From Girardia tigrina (Eukaryota): a stretch of DNA of 57,575 nt. Shown here in pieces: positions 13,560 to 26,600 of this stretch. The notes beneath the pieces are model-generated. The model did no database searches. It was given only the letters and a program-made list of their open reading frames with translations, and was not told the origin of the DNA. The stretch lies in assembly GCA_001938485.1 (NCBI GenBank), contig MQRK01223361.1, positions 39,948 to 97,522 on the forward strand, given 5' to 3'. Made by a program: the position numbers and the translations under genes. Numbering within the stretch: position 1 is the stretch's first letter; every line of letters starts with the position of its first letter.

Positions 13560-13903
13560 TTTTCTCCGTGTTTCTTCATCAAATTGAATTTCACCGCGAT
13601 CTTATAAACGAAACTACTGACGAGCAACATCAATCCGGAATAGGCGAACAGCGTAATAATCGAATAATCACACATCAATCCCAACTCGACAATCATCACA
13701 GTAATCAACACAACAGCCGACAAAATCGGATCGGTCCAACAAAACAACCCTCGACACTTTCGACAAATATCACTGTCAGATTTCTGGCCAAATTCTCGAC
13801 TCTCGTGATGAGAAACGGGTTCAATCGGTTCCGAATCCTCCAAATTTGATTCTATCGTTTTGTGTTCGATCTCTTGTTTCTTCTCAGTCTCAATCGATTT
13901 CAT
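13560..13903 (-). CDS. RTN: Reticulon exon with first hydrophobic hairpin of the reticulon homology domain (RHD)
   Basis: GLFCWTDPILSAVVLITVMIVELGLMCDYSIITLFAYSGLMLLVSSFVYKI aligns with RHD DLLYWRD..SGVVF..L..FSIVSV.AY. Acceptor tatag|ATG, donor AA|gtaatt (phase 2). Confidence 0.9.
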
Positions 13904-15427
13904 CTATATAAATCATCTATCAAGTGCTTCATTCATTAAAAAATTTAATTCAAGTTATTCATTTTTTCCAGCTTTAAGACCAGCAACAATAAACTGATAT
14001 CAATTAGATTTTTGAAAACAGCTAGTTAAATAAAAAAACTATAATGTTTTAATAAGAAAAGTCTGTGTAGTATTACTTTTCGGGTCTCATAATTAGTATT
14101 ATTCTCAAACATATCCAAAAAGATGTTGGAAAATAAATTGCATTATTAATTAGTTATCATTGAAATATTAAAATCACTCTTACATGCAACACGGAACTAT
14201 CGAGTCGATAGTTTCCATAAAATTTGATTTCGATAATTTTTGAATTTTACATTTTAATATCAAATTTCTTAAATAATCTACAAATTTCCTTCATCGACAA
14301 ACAAATCCTAAAATAAGGCTCAGTCATGAAAATCTGTTTTTTATAATTTTCTTAATTTTATCTTCACAAATTACTTTCCTACAAATTATATTTAAAAAAA
14401 GCAAACTATAAATGACACATTTTTTCAAAAAAAATCTAAAAAAGATGGCGAGAATTTTTTGGGGTTTTCTGGTTTATTTCTATTAATTTTGAATTGCAGT
14501 TTTGAAATTAATCTTATTCCTACAACAACAATCACTGTTGTTGATTTTATCTTCACAAATTATTCTCTCAAAAATTATACTTACAAAAACCAAAAAAATA
14601 AATCACAATTTTTTTACCTATTTCTCCACTAAATTAACCAAATTTAGGGATGCAGAATTAATTTCACATTGGAACTTTGAGGAATGGCTGATTTATTGTA
14701 GTAATTCAGTAATATAGTAACAAAAATAGTAATTTTTATGCAGTTAGGAAGAAACTGGTTGAATTGTAATAAATCTTTTTCATCTTTGTTTTAAATAAAA
14801 CAAAGTTAAATTACATAATAAATTTTTAAAAATTATTAAAAATAATTCAGCGATTCATATATAATTAATTATTAACGAAATTAGTGCTAAAACAAAATTG
14901 GTAATTATTAGAGAAATTAATTCCAAAACGAAATCAATTCTGCTTTCCGAAATTTAGGTGTTTTTATTGGTTATCGGTCCAGTCAATTTAAGCGAAAACA
15001 ATACTATTGATTGTCATGGAGATGATCCAAATTGTGAATGTAATAAATATTCTACCAAATGTATGAGTTCTCTTAACAGAGAATAACTTATGAAGATAAA
15101 ATTAAGGAAAAAATTATTTTTCCTGGAATGCTGATAATTTTTTCTATATTGTCATAATTTTATTTTTGCAGGGGCCCGAACAGAACTATACCCAATTTTT
15201 AAATTTTAAAAAATCCACTCAAAATATTTTAAAAATCACAAAATCGTAATGGAAAATGTGTTTATTGTGTAATCACTGACCCGTACGGAACTATATCATT
15301 CAAAGAGTGACATAATCGCAAAAAATCGCGAAATTTGGCATTCGTTATTCGCGAAAAAGAGTGGCCCTAATTATTAGTAATTAAAATTAAAAACAAACAA
15401 ATATCGGCATCCAAGAATAATAAAATA

Positions 15428-16998
15428 CCGTATTACTTCGATTTAACGCCGCGACGTTTATTTCAAATACTGAATCGAAGGCGGCAGTTATTGGAGAAAT
15501 TAAAAAAACTTTATTCAAAAAAATAATAACTTGTTTAAAAATACCTGACGTCTTCCTGACGGTGGTCGTAACGTTAATGAAGAAATGGAAATTAAAATAC
15601 GACAGTGGATTTTAATGAACGATTTAAAAATAATAATTTTAATTTCCAATGTGCAATCATATTTCTCATCAATATAATTTTTTATGAAGATTTTGTTTTT
15701 TCTGACATTTTTTGGATTGTTGTCCCTTTAACAATTTTTAGGTTTTCCCAATCAACAATGCAGTTTGTAAATTTTGCAAAGGTCTTAATGATTTACATTC
15801 AACTGTCCAGCTACCTCTTTACTTTTCATTTCCCATTAACAAAATAGTTTCATTTAAAATTAAAATCAAAAGCTTTTGATCTAAATAATAAATCCCAATC
15901 TCTAATAAAAGTAAAATAATATCATGCCAAAAAAATTTTTGGTGTACAAGCTTTTATAATTTGTCATATGTTTGCGGTTCTGTATCTATTTCACCCACTT
16001 CCCACATTCTTTTGACTGAATTATCAAAGCCTAGTAGACGAAAACCCGCTTTCTATTTGCATTTAGATGTAGCAAATTTCAAAGCCTACTACTGAGGAAA
16101 ACATAAGAACGACACTATAATTACTTTTTGCGGCCAAACTAAAGGCGGTAGATGAGCAGTGACAGTGAAAAAGTGTATTGTCACCTAGAATACATCAGTC
16201 CTGAAAGTTTCATGTCGCTAGGTGAACGGGAAGTGGGTGAATTTTCGATCGCAAGATTTGATGCATCCAGACAAACAAATGAAACGTAATAAAAGCTTGT
16301 AAAAATACACGACAACATCTTCCTGGCAGTGGTCGTAAAGTTAATAATGAAGAAATGGAAATTAAAATAATACAGTGGATTTTAGATGAGCGCTCACTCT
16401 ATCATCGAGTTACACGCAAATCTATATGCAGCAAGGCATGGGGTAACTTTGCCTTTCATCAGACACTCTTGGTATTCATTCATGGAACAAGCCGTTCAAA
16501 GACAAGTATCGTGAATTTTATGAAAATTGGTTACAAGATTAAAGTCGACCAGCTAGTTGTACACCTGCAGGAAATCCTCGTGCCCCCAGCAAGACTGACA
16601 TGGTAAAATGGATAAAGGAAGCGTGTCACAGGAAATAATTATCAAGTCTTTCGAAGTGTGTGGCATCAAATCTTCCGATCCTGACGTCATCAGTTGTACT
16701 AGAAAAGGCGAAATTGCAGAATCAGCTCGAGATGAACTCATATACCCAGTGCAAGAAACTATACCATACATGGGCGAAGATGATGATGGGAATGATGAAA
16801 TTGATGACGTGGATGAGATAGAAATACGAGTGATGTAATACTTTTTAATTAATAAAATTATACTGGTGCTTGAAACACAATCTTACTTTTAGATATATTA
16901 TATTATAAATTACGATTGATTGTATAATTGTATTCTTTGATGCGGCGTTTATTATTAAATATCGCATAAGGATGCGGCGTTAAATCGAAGTAATACGG
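15428..16998 (+). mobile_element. pogo/Tigger-like element, defective
   Basis: TA-flanked TIRs CCGTATTACTTCGATTTAACGCCGC. CENP-B HTH remnant (MEIKIIQWILDER) and DDE_1 C-terminus VSQEIIIKSFEVCGI. Confidence 0.88.
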
Positions 16999-17203
16999 TA
17001 ATGTAGTGTTCACTAAATATTATCAGCAGCAGCAACCAATTAAGAGTTTTTCCAAGTGATATTTAACTTAATTTTTTGATTTTTAATTATTAAAAATGCC
17101 TTAATTGGATTTGCGACCCCTGAAATTTTTGAGCTGAGAAAAATCCAGACTTACATAAAAAATTTAAAAATTGATTTTTAATCATTGAAAACTGTTTTTT
17201 ATA

Positions 17204-17442
17204 TTGGGTTGGCCAAAAAGTCATTTCGTTTTTTACTAAAATATTTATTATCAAAAAATGACATGGATGCACAATTATTTTTACACGATATACTGTCCAT
17301 TATTTTCAATTACTTTCTTCCACCTTTCCGGTAGCTTCATTATTCCTGATTCATAAAAACCTTTGCCTTTGTCAGCAAAAAAGCCGTCTAGGAACGAACG
17401 AAATTTGTACTTAAAAACGCAATGACTTTTTGGGCAACCCAA
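17204..17442 (-). mobile_element. Internally deleted mariner (MITE-like)
   Basis: TA-flanked TIRs TTGGGTTG(G/C)CCAAAAAGTCATT; internal FYESGIMKLPERWKKVIENNGQYI. Confidence 0.92.
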
Positions 17443-17755
17443 TAGATTAATTTTGTGTTGTTTTAAAAATTGAGGCTTTATATGCGAAATTTAAGCAGAA
17501 AATAAATTTAGTGATTGCAGTCGAATTTTTTTCAATTATTATTTATTGAACGATTCCTTTTTTCGTCGTCATCGGTAGTCGGGACGCAGAATTTCTTGGC
17601 GTTGCAGATTACTCATTTTTTTAATCCTCGAGCGTTTTAATTTGGCGAAAGATCCGATACGTGAATTAAATTATCGATTGAATTTTTTCAAATATCAATT
17701 TTCGTTTATTTTGACGTTGATTGATTCAAAGTTAACTATCGACATTGATATTCCT

Positions 17756-18156
17756 ATGGGTAATGAATTGAATTCAAAAACCATGAAAATTGTTATACTC
17801 CTAACGAAACCGAAAACGGAACGGTTTGTGAATCGTTCAAATCGAAATTGAAATTATCGATTAATAAAAATTTGTTAATACAACTGCTCGATATCAAGGG
17901 CAGACAGAACAATCGGAGTCTGTGGGACACACGTTTGAGCGAGGCGGACGCGTTAATTTACGTGATCGATATCGGTGACACTGGTCACTTTAGGTAACAT
18001 ATAATTAGTGTCCAAACTTAACGTACCATCAGAAGTGATTTATACGATCAACTTGAAAGTGAACCCGATATTTTTGATGGCAGTATATTAATTGACCCAA
18101 AAGTGCACAACGAAAATAGCACGAAGATATTTTTGAAGTGGGTAAAATCGTGTTAA
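17756..18156 (+). pseudogene. Nested antisense Arf/Arl-like small GTPase sequence in the reticulon intron
   Basis: QLLDIKGRQNNRSLWDTRLSEADALIYVIDIGD resembles Arf WDVGGQDKIRPLWRHYF.NT.GLIFVVDS.D. MGN... start in another frame, possible 39-nt intron at 17994-18032, no P-loop. Confidence 0.6.
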
Positions 18157-18309
18157 TTTATCTGTCCGTATTTCTACATTTTCAACCCGATTAAATTTCC
18201 ATTCAGTAATAAATCAATTAATATTCTTTGCGGGAATAAGTTAATAATAAAACGAGACTCACCACACTCCATCTGATTCCAAATTTATAAAAACCGTATA
18301 AAAAAATTT

Positions 18310-20516
18310 GGTACTTTCACTTTATCTCGTCCCCTAAAATTTTTGATACACCTGTTTCCGATTAGATATGCCATGTAGGTATTTTATTAGATTCCTGGAT
18401 AAAAATATATGTAAATTAATCGGAAAAAAAGTAATCAACCAATGGAAATAGATCTGATCGTCATTCTAATGGATCTTAAGTTATGAGAAATGTGTAGGTT
18501 ATATAGAAGGGGTAGAAAAAAATCGAAGAAACATCATCCCACATTCACAAGACACACACAACTTCAATACACACGCGGATACATACATAATTTAGAAGCA
18601 TTTGTAAGAACCGTAAGCATTTATATATGACAATTGATACATTAAAAAATGAATTAATAATCATAAATTAATAAGTAATAATAAATTAATTAATCAATAT
18701 TCATATTAACACAAATTAATTCATAAATAATCACAAATTAATTAATAAATAATCACAAATTAATTAATAAATAATCACAAATTAATTAATAAATAATCGC
18801 AAATTAATTAAAAAATAATCGCAAATTAATTAATAAATAATCACAAATTAATTCATAAATAATCACAAATTAATTCATAAATAATCACAAATTAATTAAT
18901 AAATAATCACAAATTAATTAAAAAATAATCGCAAATTAATTAATAAATAATCACAAATTAATTCATAAATAATCACAAATTAATTCATAAATAATCACAA
19001 ATTAATTCATAAATAATCACAAATTAATTCATAATTAATCACAAATTAATTAAAAAATAATCGCAAATTAATTAATAAATAATCAAAAATTAATTAAAAA
19101 ATAATCGCAAATTAATTAATAAATAATCACAAATTAATTAAAAAATAATCGCAAATTAATTAATAGATAATCACAAATTAATTCATAAATAATCACAAAT
19201 TATTTCATAAATAATCACAAATTAATTCATAAATAATCACAAATTAATTCATAAATAATCACAAATTAATTCATAAATAATCACANNNNNNNNNNNNNNN
19301 NNNNNNNNNNNNNNNNNNNNNNNNNNNNNNNNNNNATTAATTCATAAATAATCACAAATTAATTAATAAATAATCACAAATTAATTAATAAATAATCACA
19401 AATTAATTAATAAATAATCACAAATTAATTCATAAATAATCACAAATTAATTAAAAAAATAATCGCAAATTAATTAATAAATATTCATAAATTAATTAAC
19501 AAAAAATTACTTTACTAAGCGTCATGAAAGTCATTAAATCATATGAAGGAACGAATGTTATACTGCCCCCCATATAATATGTAATCTGTATAGATTATAT
19601 AATTTCGTTTAGAATTAGAGGAATAACTGGTGGAAGGGATGAATAAAATTGTTAATTAATTAATAAAAAATGAAATAATTAATTATTAATTGATTGAAAT
19701 TCAATCAAATCAAATTTAATTAAATCAATGAAATCAAATTTAATAATTTATTTGTTAAATAAATTATTTAATAAAATAAATAACAAATTAAATAATTTAT
19801 TCATTTAATAATTAATTTATTCTTTACTTAATTTACTTTTTATTCATTTATGTAATAATTGATTTATTGATTCACTAATTTATTTATTCAATGAATTAAA
19901 TTAATTAATTAAAATAAATTAAATTAATTATTATTAATTTATTAATTAAATAAATAATTAATCTTAAAGAATAAATTAATTATTAAATTAAATTAATAAA
20001 AAATAAATAATTAATTAAAATTTATTTAATTTTAATTTATTTATTCAATGAATTAAATTAATTAAAATAAATTTAATTAATTATTATTAATTTATTAAAT
20101 AAAGTAATTAAATAAATAATTAATCTTAAAGAATATATAAATCTTCATAGATTACATTATATGTGGGGGGCAGTATAACAGTCGTACCCGTGGAAGAGTT
20201 GGGCACAGGACAGAATACACCCGTTGATTGGAACGCCCATATGTGTGAAGCAGTTGCCGAACAATTGACTCGACGCCCGCAACAGAAGATTGGTTGCCAA
20301 GACATGATCGTGGAAATTGATGAGAGCATGTATACCAAGCGCAAGAACAATGCGGGTCGTATTTTGCCTCAACAATGGATTTCTGGGGGGTTGTGCCGTG
20401 ACACATGTGAATGCTTCTTTGTCCAGGTTCCAGATCCGAGCGCAAAAACATTGATGATCGAGATCAAGAAGCATTGTTATCAAAAATTTTAGGTGTCGAG
20501 ATAAAGTGAAAGTACC
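18310..20516 (+). mobile_element. Merlin (IS1016/IS1595-like) DNA transposon, defective
   Basis: TIRs GGTACTTTCACTTTATCTCG..., 8-bp TSD aaaaattt/aaagattt, transposase fragment VDW...KIG...IVEIDES..KRK.NAGR....WI.GG. Confidence 0.92.
18710..19495. repeat. 22-bp tandem minisatellite (AAATTAATTMATAAATAATCRC)n inside the Merlin element
   Basis: Directly visible array of roughly 30 units spanning an N gap. Confidence 0.95.
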
Positions 20517-20766
20517 AAAGATTTATAAAAATCAAAAAATATCGATTAAAATTAATCGAAACAGATCGAAAAAATCGCGTGATCGATTAGTTAACTGTGT
20601 CAAATATACAATTATTATGAGAATAATTTGTGGAGATAATCAATTAAGGGAAAATATTTAATTTTTATCGATTTTTTAGGGTTTTAAAATCGAAAAAAAT
20701 TATTTAAAAATTATAATAAATTTATTTCAAAAGAATTATACGAAGATGTTCAATCACACGACTCAC

Positions 20767-21582
20767 CTCGACCGGTACCGAGTCCTCGAAATTCGCTTCC
20801 ATCGTTTCTCGATCGATCTCTAGTGCTTGCTTCACAATCTCAATCGATTCCATCGGGTCATAAGTCTCGCGCTCCTCCACTCGTATCATCGATTCTTCCG
20901 CTTGTCCCGCATTACTCGCCTCGATAATTCCCTCCAAATCGAACGCCATCTTGCCCGAGTCTTGTTCTGGCTCTTGTTCTTCCTGCTCCATCTGTGTCTC
21001 CACTAACAACGCGATCGATTCATCTCTCCCTTCATTCTCATTGTTTTCATTGTTATTATCGATCACCAACTCGTCCGACAGAAACGTGTCGTCTTCTACG
21101 TCGATCTGATTCCCCGATGATTGATTGACATCGTCCTGCTTCACGTATTCGAATCCGTCGTCCGACAAACTCTTGTCCGATTTCTTGTCGCCGGCTTCGA
21201 TCGATAAATCGATATTCGATTCTTCCAATTGATTCTCGATCGCTTCTTTCACAATCGGATCGATGATGTTCTGCACGAATTCGCTGATTTCCGATTCCGA
21301 TACGCCATTATCGGTTTTCTCGCGATTTTCGTCTTCTTCTTCTGGCGGCTCATTTAAAATCAATAATTCTTCGTGCGGATTGGAAATCGATTGATCCGGA
21401 GTGTTTTCTGACAAATTCGTACTACTTCGTGCCGTTTCATCGATAATTATTTCGTCTGTCGATGGCGATTGTCGTTCTTCTTCTGGTGGATCTTCTAATG
21501 TCAATAAATCGTTGGGTTTATTCAACAAATCATGTTGTAGGAGACTGTTGAATTCCAATTCGTCTGGTACGATATCGTTCAT
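20767..21582 (-). CDS. RTN: Reticulon gene, large acidic N-terminal exon
   Basis: Long D/E-rich ORF (MNDIVPDE...SVPVE) ending at a consensus GAG|GTGAGT donor, phase 0, which matches the phase-0 acceptor at 13903. The start ATG is inferred. Confidence 0.7.
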
Positions 21583-22993
21583 ATTTTCGTAATGATTTTT
21601 GTCACACACAAACAAAATAGAAAAAGAAATATACAAAAATCAGAAATATTTTTTGTACAAGTTTGAAAATTGTGATTAATAAATCTGTTTAATCATATTA
21701 TTGAAATTGGAGTTGATGCGTTTAAACAATAAACGATTGTAATAATTTATTTTGTGGATAAACATGTTTGTAAAAAAATGTGGTTGATAATTTGTAATTA
21801 TTTTCAATTTGGTTTTTGTAAATTTTATTCTTGAAGGAGAATAATTGATGGTGATATTTTTTAATATTGAGAGAACTTTACATTTATTACAATTATTTTT
21901 ATGATAATCCGTATTAGTGCTTTCACTAATATTCAACGACCAAAGTTTAATAATAAAATCTGAACTAACTGGACCTTAGATATTTGTTTTAAAAAATTTA
22001 CAAATGTTATTGGTTAAAATTAAAATTAATAAAATCATTTAAAATTTATAGTTGTAATAAATGAAAAATAAATTTAAATAAATTAGTTTTAGATACTAAT
22101 ATTTAAAATATTAAATACAATTTGAGTAGGAGAGATGCAATCCCGAATCAATACAAAATGTAAAAATTGTTTAACGAAGTTTTTTTGTTGAGTGTTTATT
22201 GTGTTTTTTATTTAAGATTGATAAAAACTGTGATTTTAGTTTGTAAAAATATATTTATTAACTACAAATAATTACAATCAAAAGTAAAAGTTTAACGTTT
22301 TATTTGGCCCCTGGCCGATTTTATATTTGAACTCTGAGAGTCTTTAGCGACAACTCGGGTCGATTAAAATTTTAAAGGTTTAGGTCACACTTTACAGCGT
22401 GAATATAAAAATATAGTATTTAATAATTTAATATTTTTAATTAATTACTTTTTAACAATTTTTCTTAAATCTTGCACTATTTCAGTGTTTGATAAATTGA
22501 TTCCACTCGCATTCTTTCGGTATGAATTTAAAATGACTCTGAGAGCACTCTGATTCTTGCTCACTTAAATACAATTTCGAGCAGGTAATTTATGACACGT
22601 TCTTAGACGTTTCGTCTTTCAAAATAGATAATTCTTGACTTCTGTCTTTCAAAATAATCTCTTGTTCTCTTAACTCTTTTCGAACTTTTAAACTTTTGCA
22701 CTTTTCAACTTAATTAATAATGACCTTTTATACAGGTCTTTTATCAATTAATTAATTTTATTTTTTAATTTTAATTTATTATTTACTCTTTCCTTATAAA
22801 TATCTTTCCTTCTTCTTTTATTTATTTAATCCCTTATTTATTTATATAAAAAAATATAATTTTATATTTATTATCATAAATATTTCATCTATGAAAAATA
22901 TAAATATTTGTCAATATTTATTAATTTAAACAACAAATACATATAAATTATAAAATTTGAGATATTCCCTCAACATTTTCAATATCCCATTTA

Positions 22994-23450
22994 TCAGCCA
23001 TGAATATTGAATATTTTTAAAAGTTCCATTAGCTGATTGTCACTTGTAGTATTGTACAATTCTCTTATTCTTTTTATTCTATCTTCATCAGAATGTCTAT
23101 CTCTAATAGCCAATAAATAATATTTGAAAATATTTGAAGCTTTTTTCTTCAGTTTCATTCCAAATTTATCCAAAAAATCTATACCAGCAATCATTTCTGG
23201 ATCTATTTCTTCGACAACATAAAATTCTATTGTTTTATTTACCCTTTCTATCACCTTATTATATTACCTTTAATTGTACAGTTCCATAGTTTACAAATTC
23301 TGAGTCATTCTCACAGTGAATACGCTTCCTTGTTTCTCTAATCTGAATATTTTTCATACCTTTGATTAAATCCGCTTTAATGACATTCACTGGGGCTCTT
23401 GTATCTAAAAGGCACTGAACATTTTTATCTTTATTACAATTGTGTACCAC
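22994..23450 (-). mobile_element. Gypsy protease relic
   Basis: VQCLLDTRAPVNVI...MIAGIDFLDKFG, an aspartic protease pattern with frame breaks. Confidence 0.7.
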
Positions 23451-23614
23451 AACATTTTACAAATAACATAACGAAAATACTCATTGTAAAATATTTATTT
23501 TTTTCGTGTTAAAAAATTTTACTTGCTTTCAATATAAAAAAAAGTTAATTTTCGTGTAAAAATTATTCAATAATGAAAAAAAACGATATTGTTTTAATGA
23601 TTTAAATAATTAAA

Positions 23615-26600
23615 TAAAACAGGCGAAAAGTTCATTTTCAAAACACTGTTTAATTGATAATATTTAAACAAAATATTTATCCAAAAAGTAAATATTAAAT
23701 ATTTCAAATAATTAAAATATCTAATATCCAACACTCCCACAAGATTCGTCCACAGAAGAATCTGAATCCACAATGTAATCATTTAGATAAGGCGGTCTTC
23801 GTCTTTCTCTACTAGGCCTACAGTTCAATGATTGTTTCTCATGTGTTTGATTGTCTGGTAGTGATGCAGTTTCCTCCATATTCATATAGTATGACTTGCA
23901 ATTTTCAAACAAGTCAGGCTGTCTAGGTCGAATGTCTGCGACATGTCTTGGACCACAAAATCCGTTGCAATTTACTAGATATTTCCTTTGATCTATTCTT
24001 TTCACGACAACACCCCTGGTCCATTGCTGTGTACATGGTGTACTGTTTTCCGGTTTTACCCACACTAATTGATTTTCAACATAATCTGGATTTCCACAGA
24101 ACGGCTNCTTTTCACTTCTTCCAATTATATCTAACCCTATGGGCAAATAGCTATATAGCACCGAGCTTGGTGTTTCTTTTCCTTCAGATGGCGTGTTATT
24201 ATACCACCATAAGGCTTCCAAAATGCTGATATTTGATCTGGACGCAATTCTTATTATTCCGTTGTGGTTGGGTCGATTGATGGCACGATACATGACTCGA
24301 ACGTTCCATTTTTCCATTAGTTTGTTGAATTCTACCGAATGAAATGCGGTATAATTATCGATAATTAGTTCCTTGGGAGATCAGCGTTCACAGAACAAAC
24401 TTGAGAATTCTGAGACAATTAACTTGATGTCTTCAGCCTTAATTAATTTCCATATCGCAAAGCGAGAAGGACCACAATCGATTACACTTAAAAATTTTTG
24501 TTGATTGTACTTTGTAACATCCGCAGCAAGTCTTGTCCAGTTTTCGTTGACGCTCAGCCTACCGGTTTTCCATTTTACGGCTGCCGGATCGATGGATTGA
24601 CATTCTTGACATCTTGAAATCAGGTCCTCGATATCCGCGTTTGACACACATATTCCTTGCTTCGCACATAAATATCGCATTCTGTTTGCACCTAAATGAC
24701 ACTTATCATGAAGTTGCTGCAGCTTGAGTAGATCGTCCGTAACCGATAAAAAACAATTGCTTCTTTTTAATTGTTTTGTCAACTCATCTGCCTTGTTAGC
24801 TTCGCTATTAACAAACTCGATCTCATACTCCTGACACAGCTCCTTGATCATCGACAGTCTTCGTTTTATTAAAAGCTCAGATGAAGCCTTGGTATTTAAT
24901 TTTTCGCGATCTGAGATTGTTGTGGTTACCCACGAAACTACTGACTTATTATCCGATTTTACTATCACGCTCCTTAAACCCCATTTGACACATAAGTTTA
25001 AACCCTTTACAACTGCTTCTAGTTCTGCTACATTAATATGTCTAGAATCATCAGTTTTTCTCAACCATGATGCGTCCTCGATTATGTTCCCTTTGACTTC
25101 TAAAGCAGCACCAATGGCTATTGAACTTGCGTCGCACCATATAATACCTTCCCTGCAGTCATCAATAGCCCATAAACCTCTACATGGATCACTCTCCCTC
25201 ACTGTCTTTAAAACCCATTTAATCTTCTCGAATAATTCCTCGTCTATGTTTTCATCCCAAATTCTCTTACTAAGTCGTTTAAGATATGAACATGACGGAC
25301 GTAGCAAATTAGCTAACGGATGCATTCCTACTAATTGTCCACATAACAAATATAACTCGCGACGTGAAATTGATTCCACATACAGCTCATCCCTTACCTG
25401 ATTGTCCCTCTTCCATATCACTACATGTTGGTCCTTAAAGACTTTTATTCCTAAAACTCGAACTTCGTTGGCTTGTGATAGATTTTCAGGTTTTTCTAAC
25501 ATTTGAGACCGAAGTTATTGAACACTTTTTCTACTTCTTCAACAGAAATGAAACTTTCATTTACATAAATATCATCAATATAAGAGTCACTATTTTCACG
25601 CATCTTGGTGTCAGAGTTCAGAATCCACCTGACGATTTCGGTCATTATAGTTGGTGCAATGTTTAAACCAAAACCCATCCCAGTTAAAGCATATTTCTTG
25701 TTATTAATGATACCAGATTGGTAACGCCACATGTCCTTATGAACATGAATCTGCATGTACGCCTCTGACAAATCAAGCATTGAAAAAGTCGAACCCCTAC
25801 GTCGCCAATCGCGGAGCTTTTCTAAACATATGTCTGCAGAACCACTATAAACGTCCACGTAATTGTTTAATTTTCTAAAATCAAAAATGGGTCCTATCTT
25901 GGAATTATTAGCCTGTTATATTCCAAATATCGGTATGGATCCTATCGATTTACCCATTTCTTCCTTATTGTACTCGATTAGATAACCCTTTTCTACCCAA
26001 CCGTCTAAAATTTTCAACGTTGCAACATCTTTTAATTTGTTGTCCTTAAAAACTAACTGACGATTCGGAAGATAACTCGGAGCCTCACTTTTCAAATTCC
26101 ATTTAATCGCCCAATGTTCCCTAAACTCAATTTCAAAATTATGCTTTTTTATACTAACAAGAGGCGCATCCGATGCAGTACAACTCAAGCTACTATCTAT
26201 CCCTTTAATTTCCTCTTCAGCGAACTCAATAACACCCTTATTAATTTTCACGCCGCCCAATTTACTTATGACATCCATACCTATTAAGATCCCTAAACCA
26301 TGCGGCAAATGTTCTATGACCGAACATTCCACCCTAATGATCCTGCCATTTATATTCAGCCGCAATTCACCCGAACCCACTCTAACACCTATCCCAATCG
26401 CCAAAACCATACTTTCTCCGTCAGAAAACAACATACAATCACTAACTAACCCTTTTAAAACAACCGTTTTCGAACAACCAGAATCAATCAACGCTATGGC
26501 TGACCTGTCATTTACGGTTACGATCATCGTCGGCAACGCCGTCAACTGTGAAGGGAGAGAGCCGGCGCCTACAAACTCCCCTGTTCGTTTCCCGACGACA

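Noticed and set aside
14958-15078. Cys-rich 'exon' DCHGDDPNCECNKYSTKC, like an LRR N-cap, in three copies
   Set aside because: The copies share a TGTTAAGAG boundary, occur in both orientations and do not conserve frame or cysteines; more likely an LTR-type repeat.
18710-19495. Regular repeat array as a CRISPR candidate
   Set aside because: Head-to-tail units with no unique spacers, no cas genes and a eukaryotic context.
24844-25401. Antisense ORFs over retroelements and exons (also 26268-26657, 35904-36272, 13568-13849)
   Set aside because: Shadow frames of opposite-strand coding sequence with no recognisable motifs.
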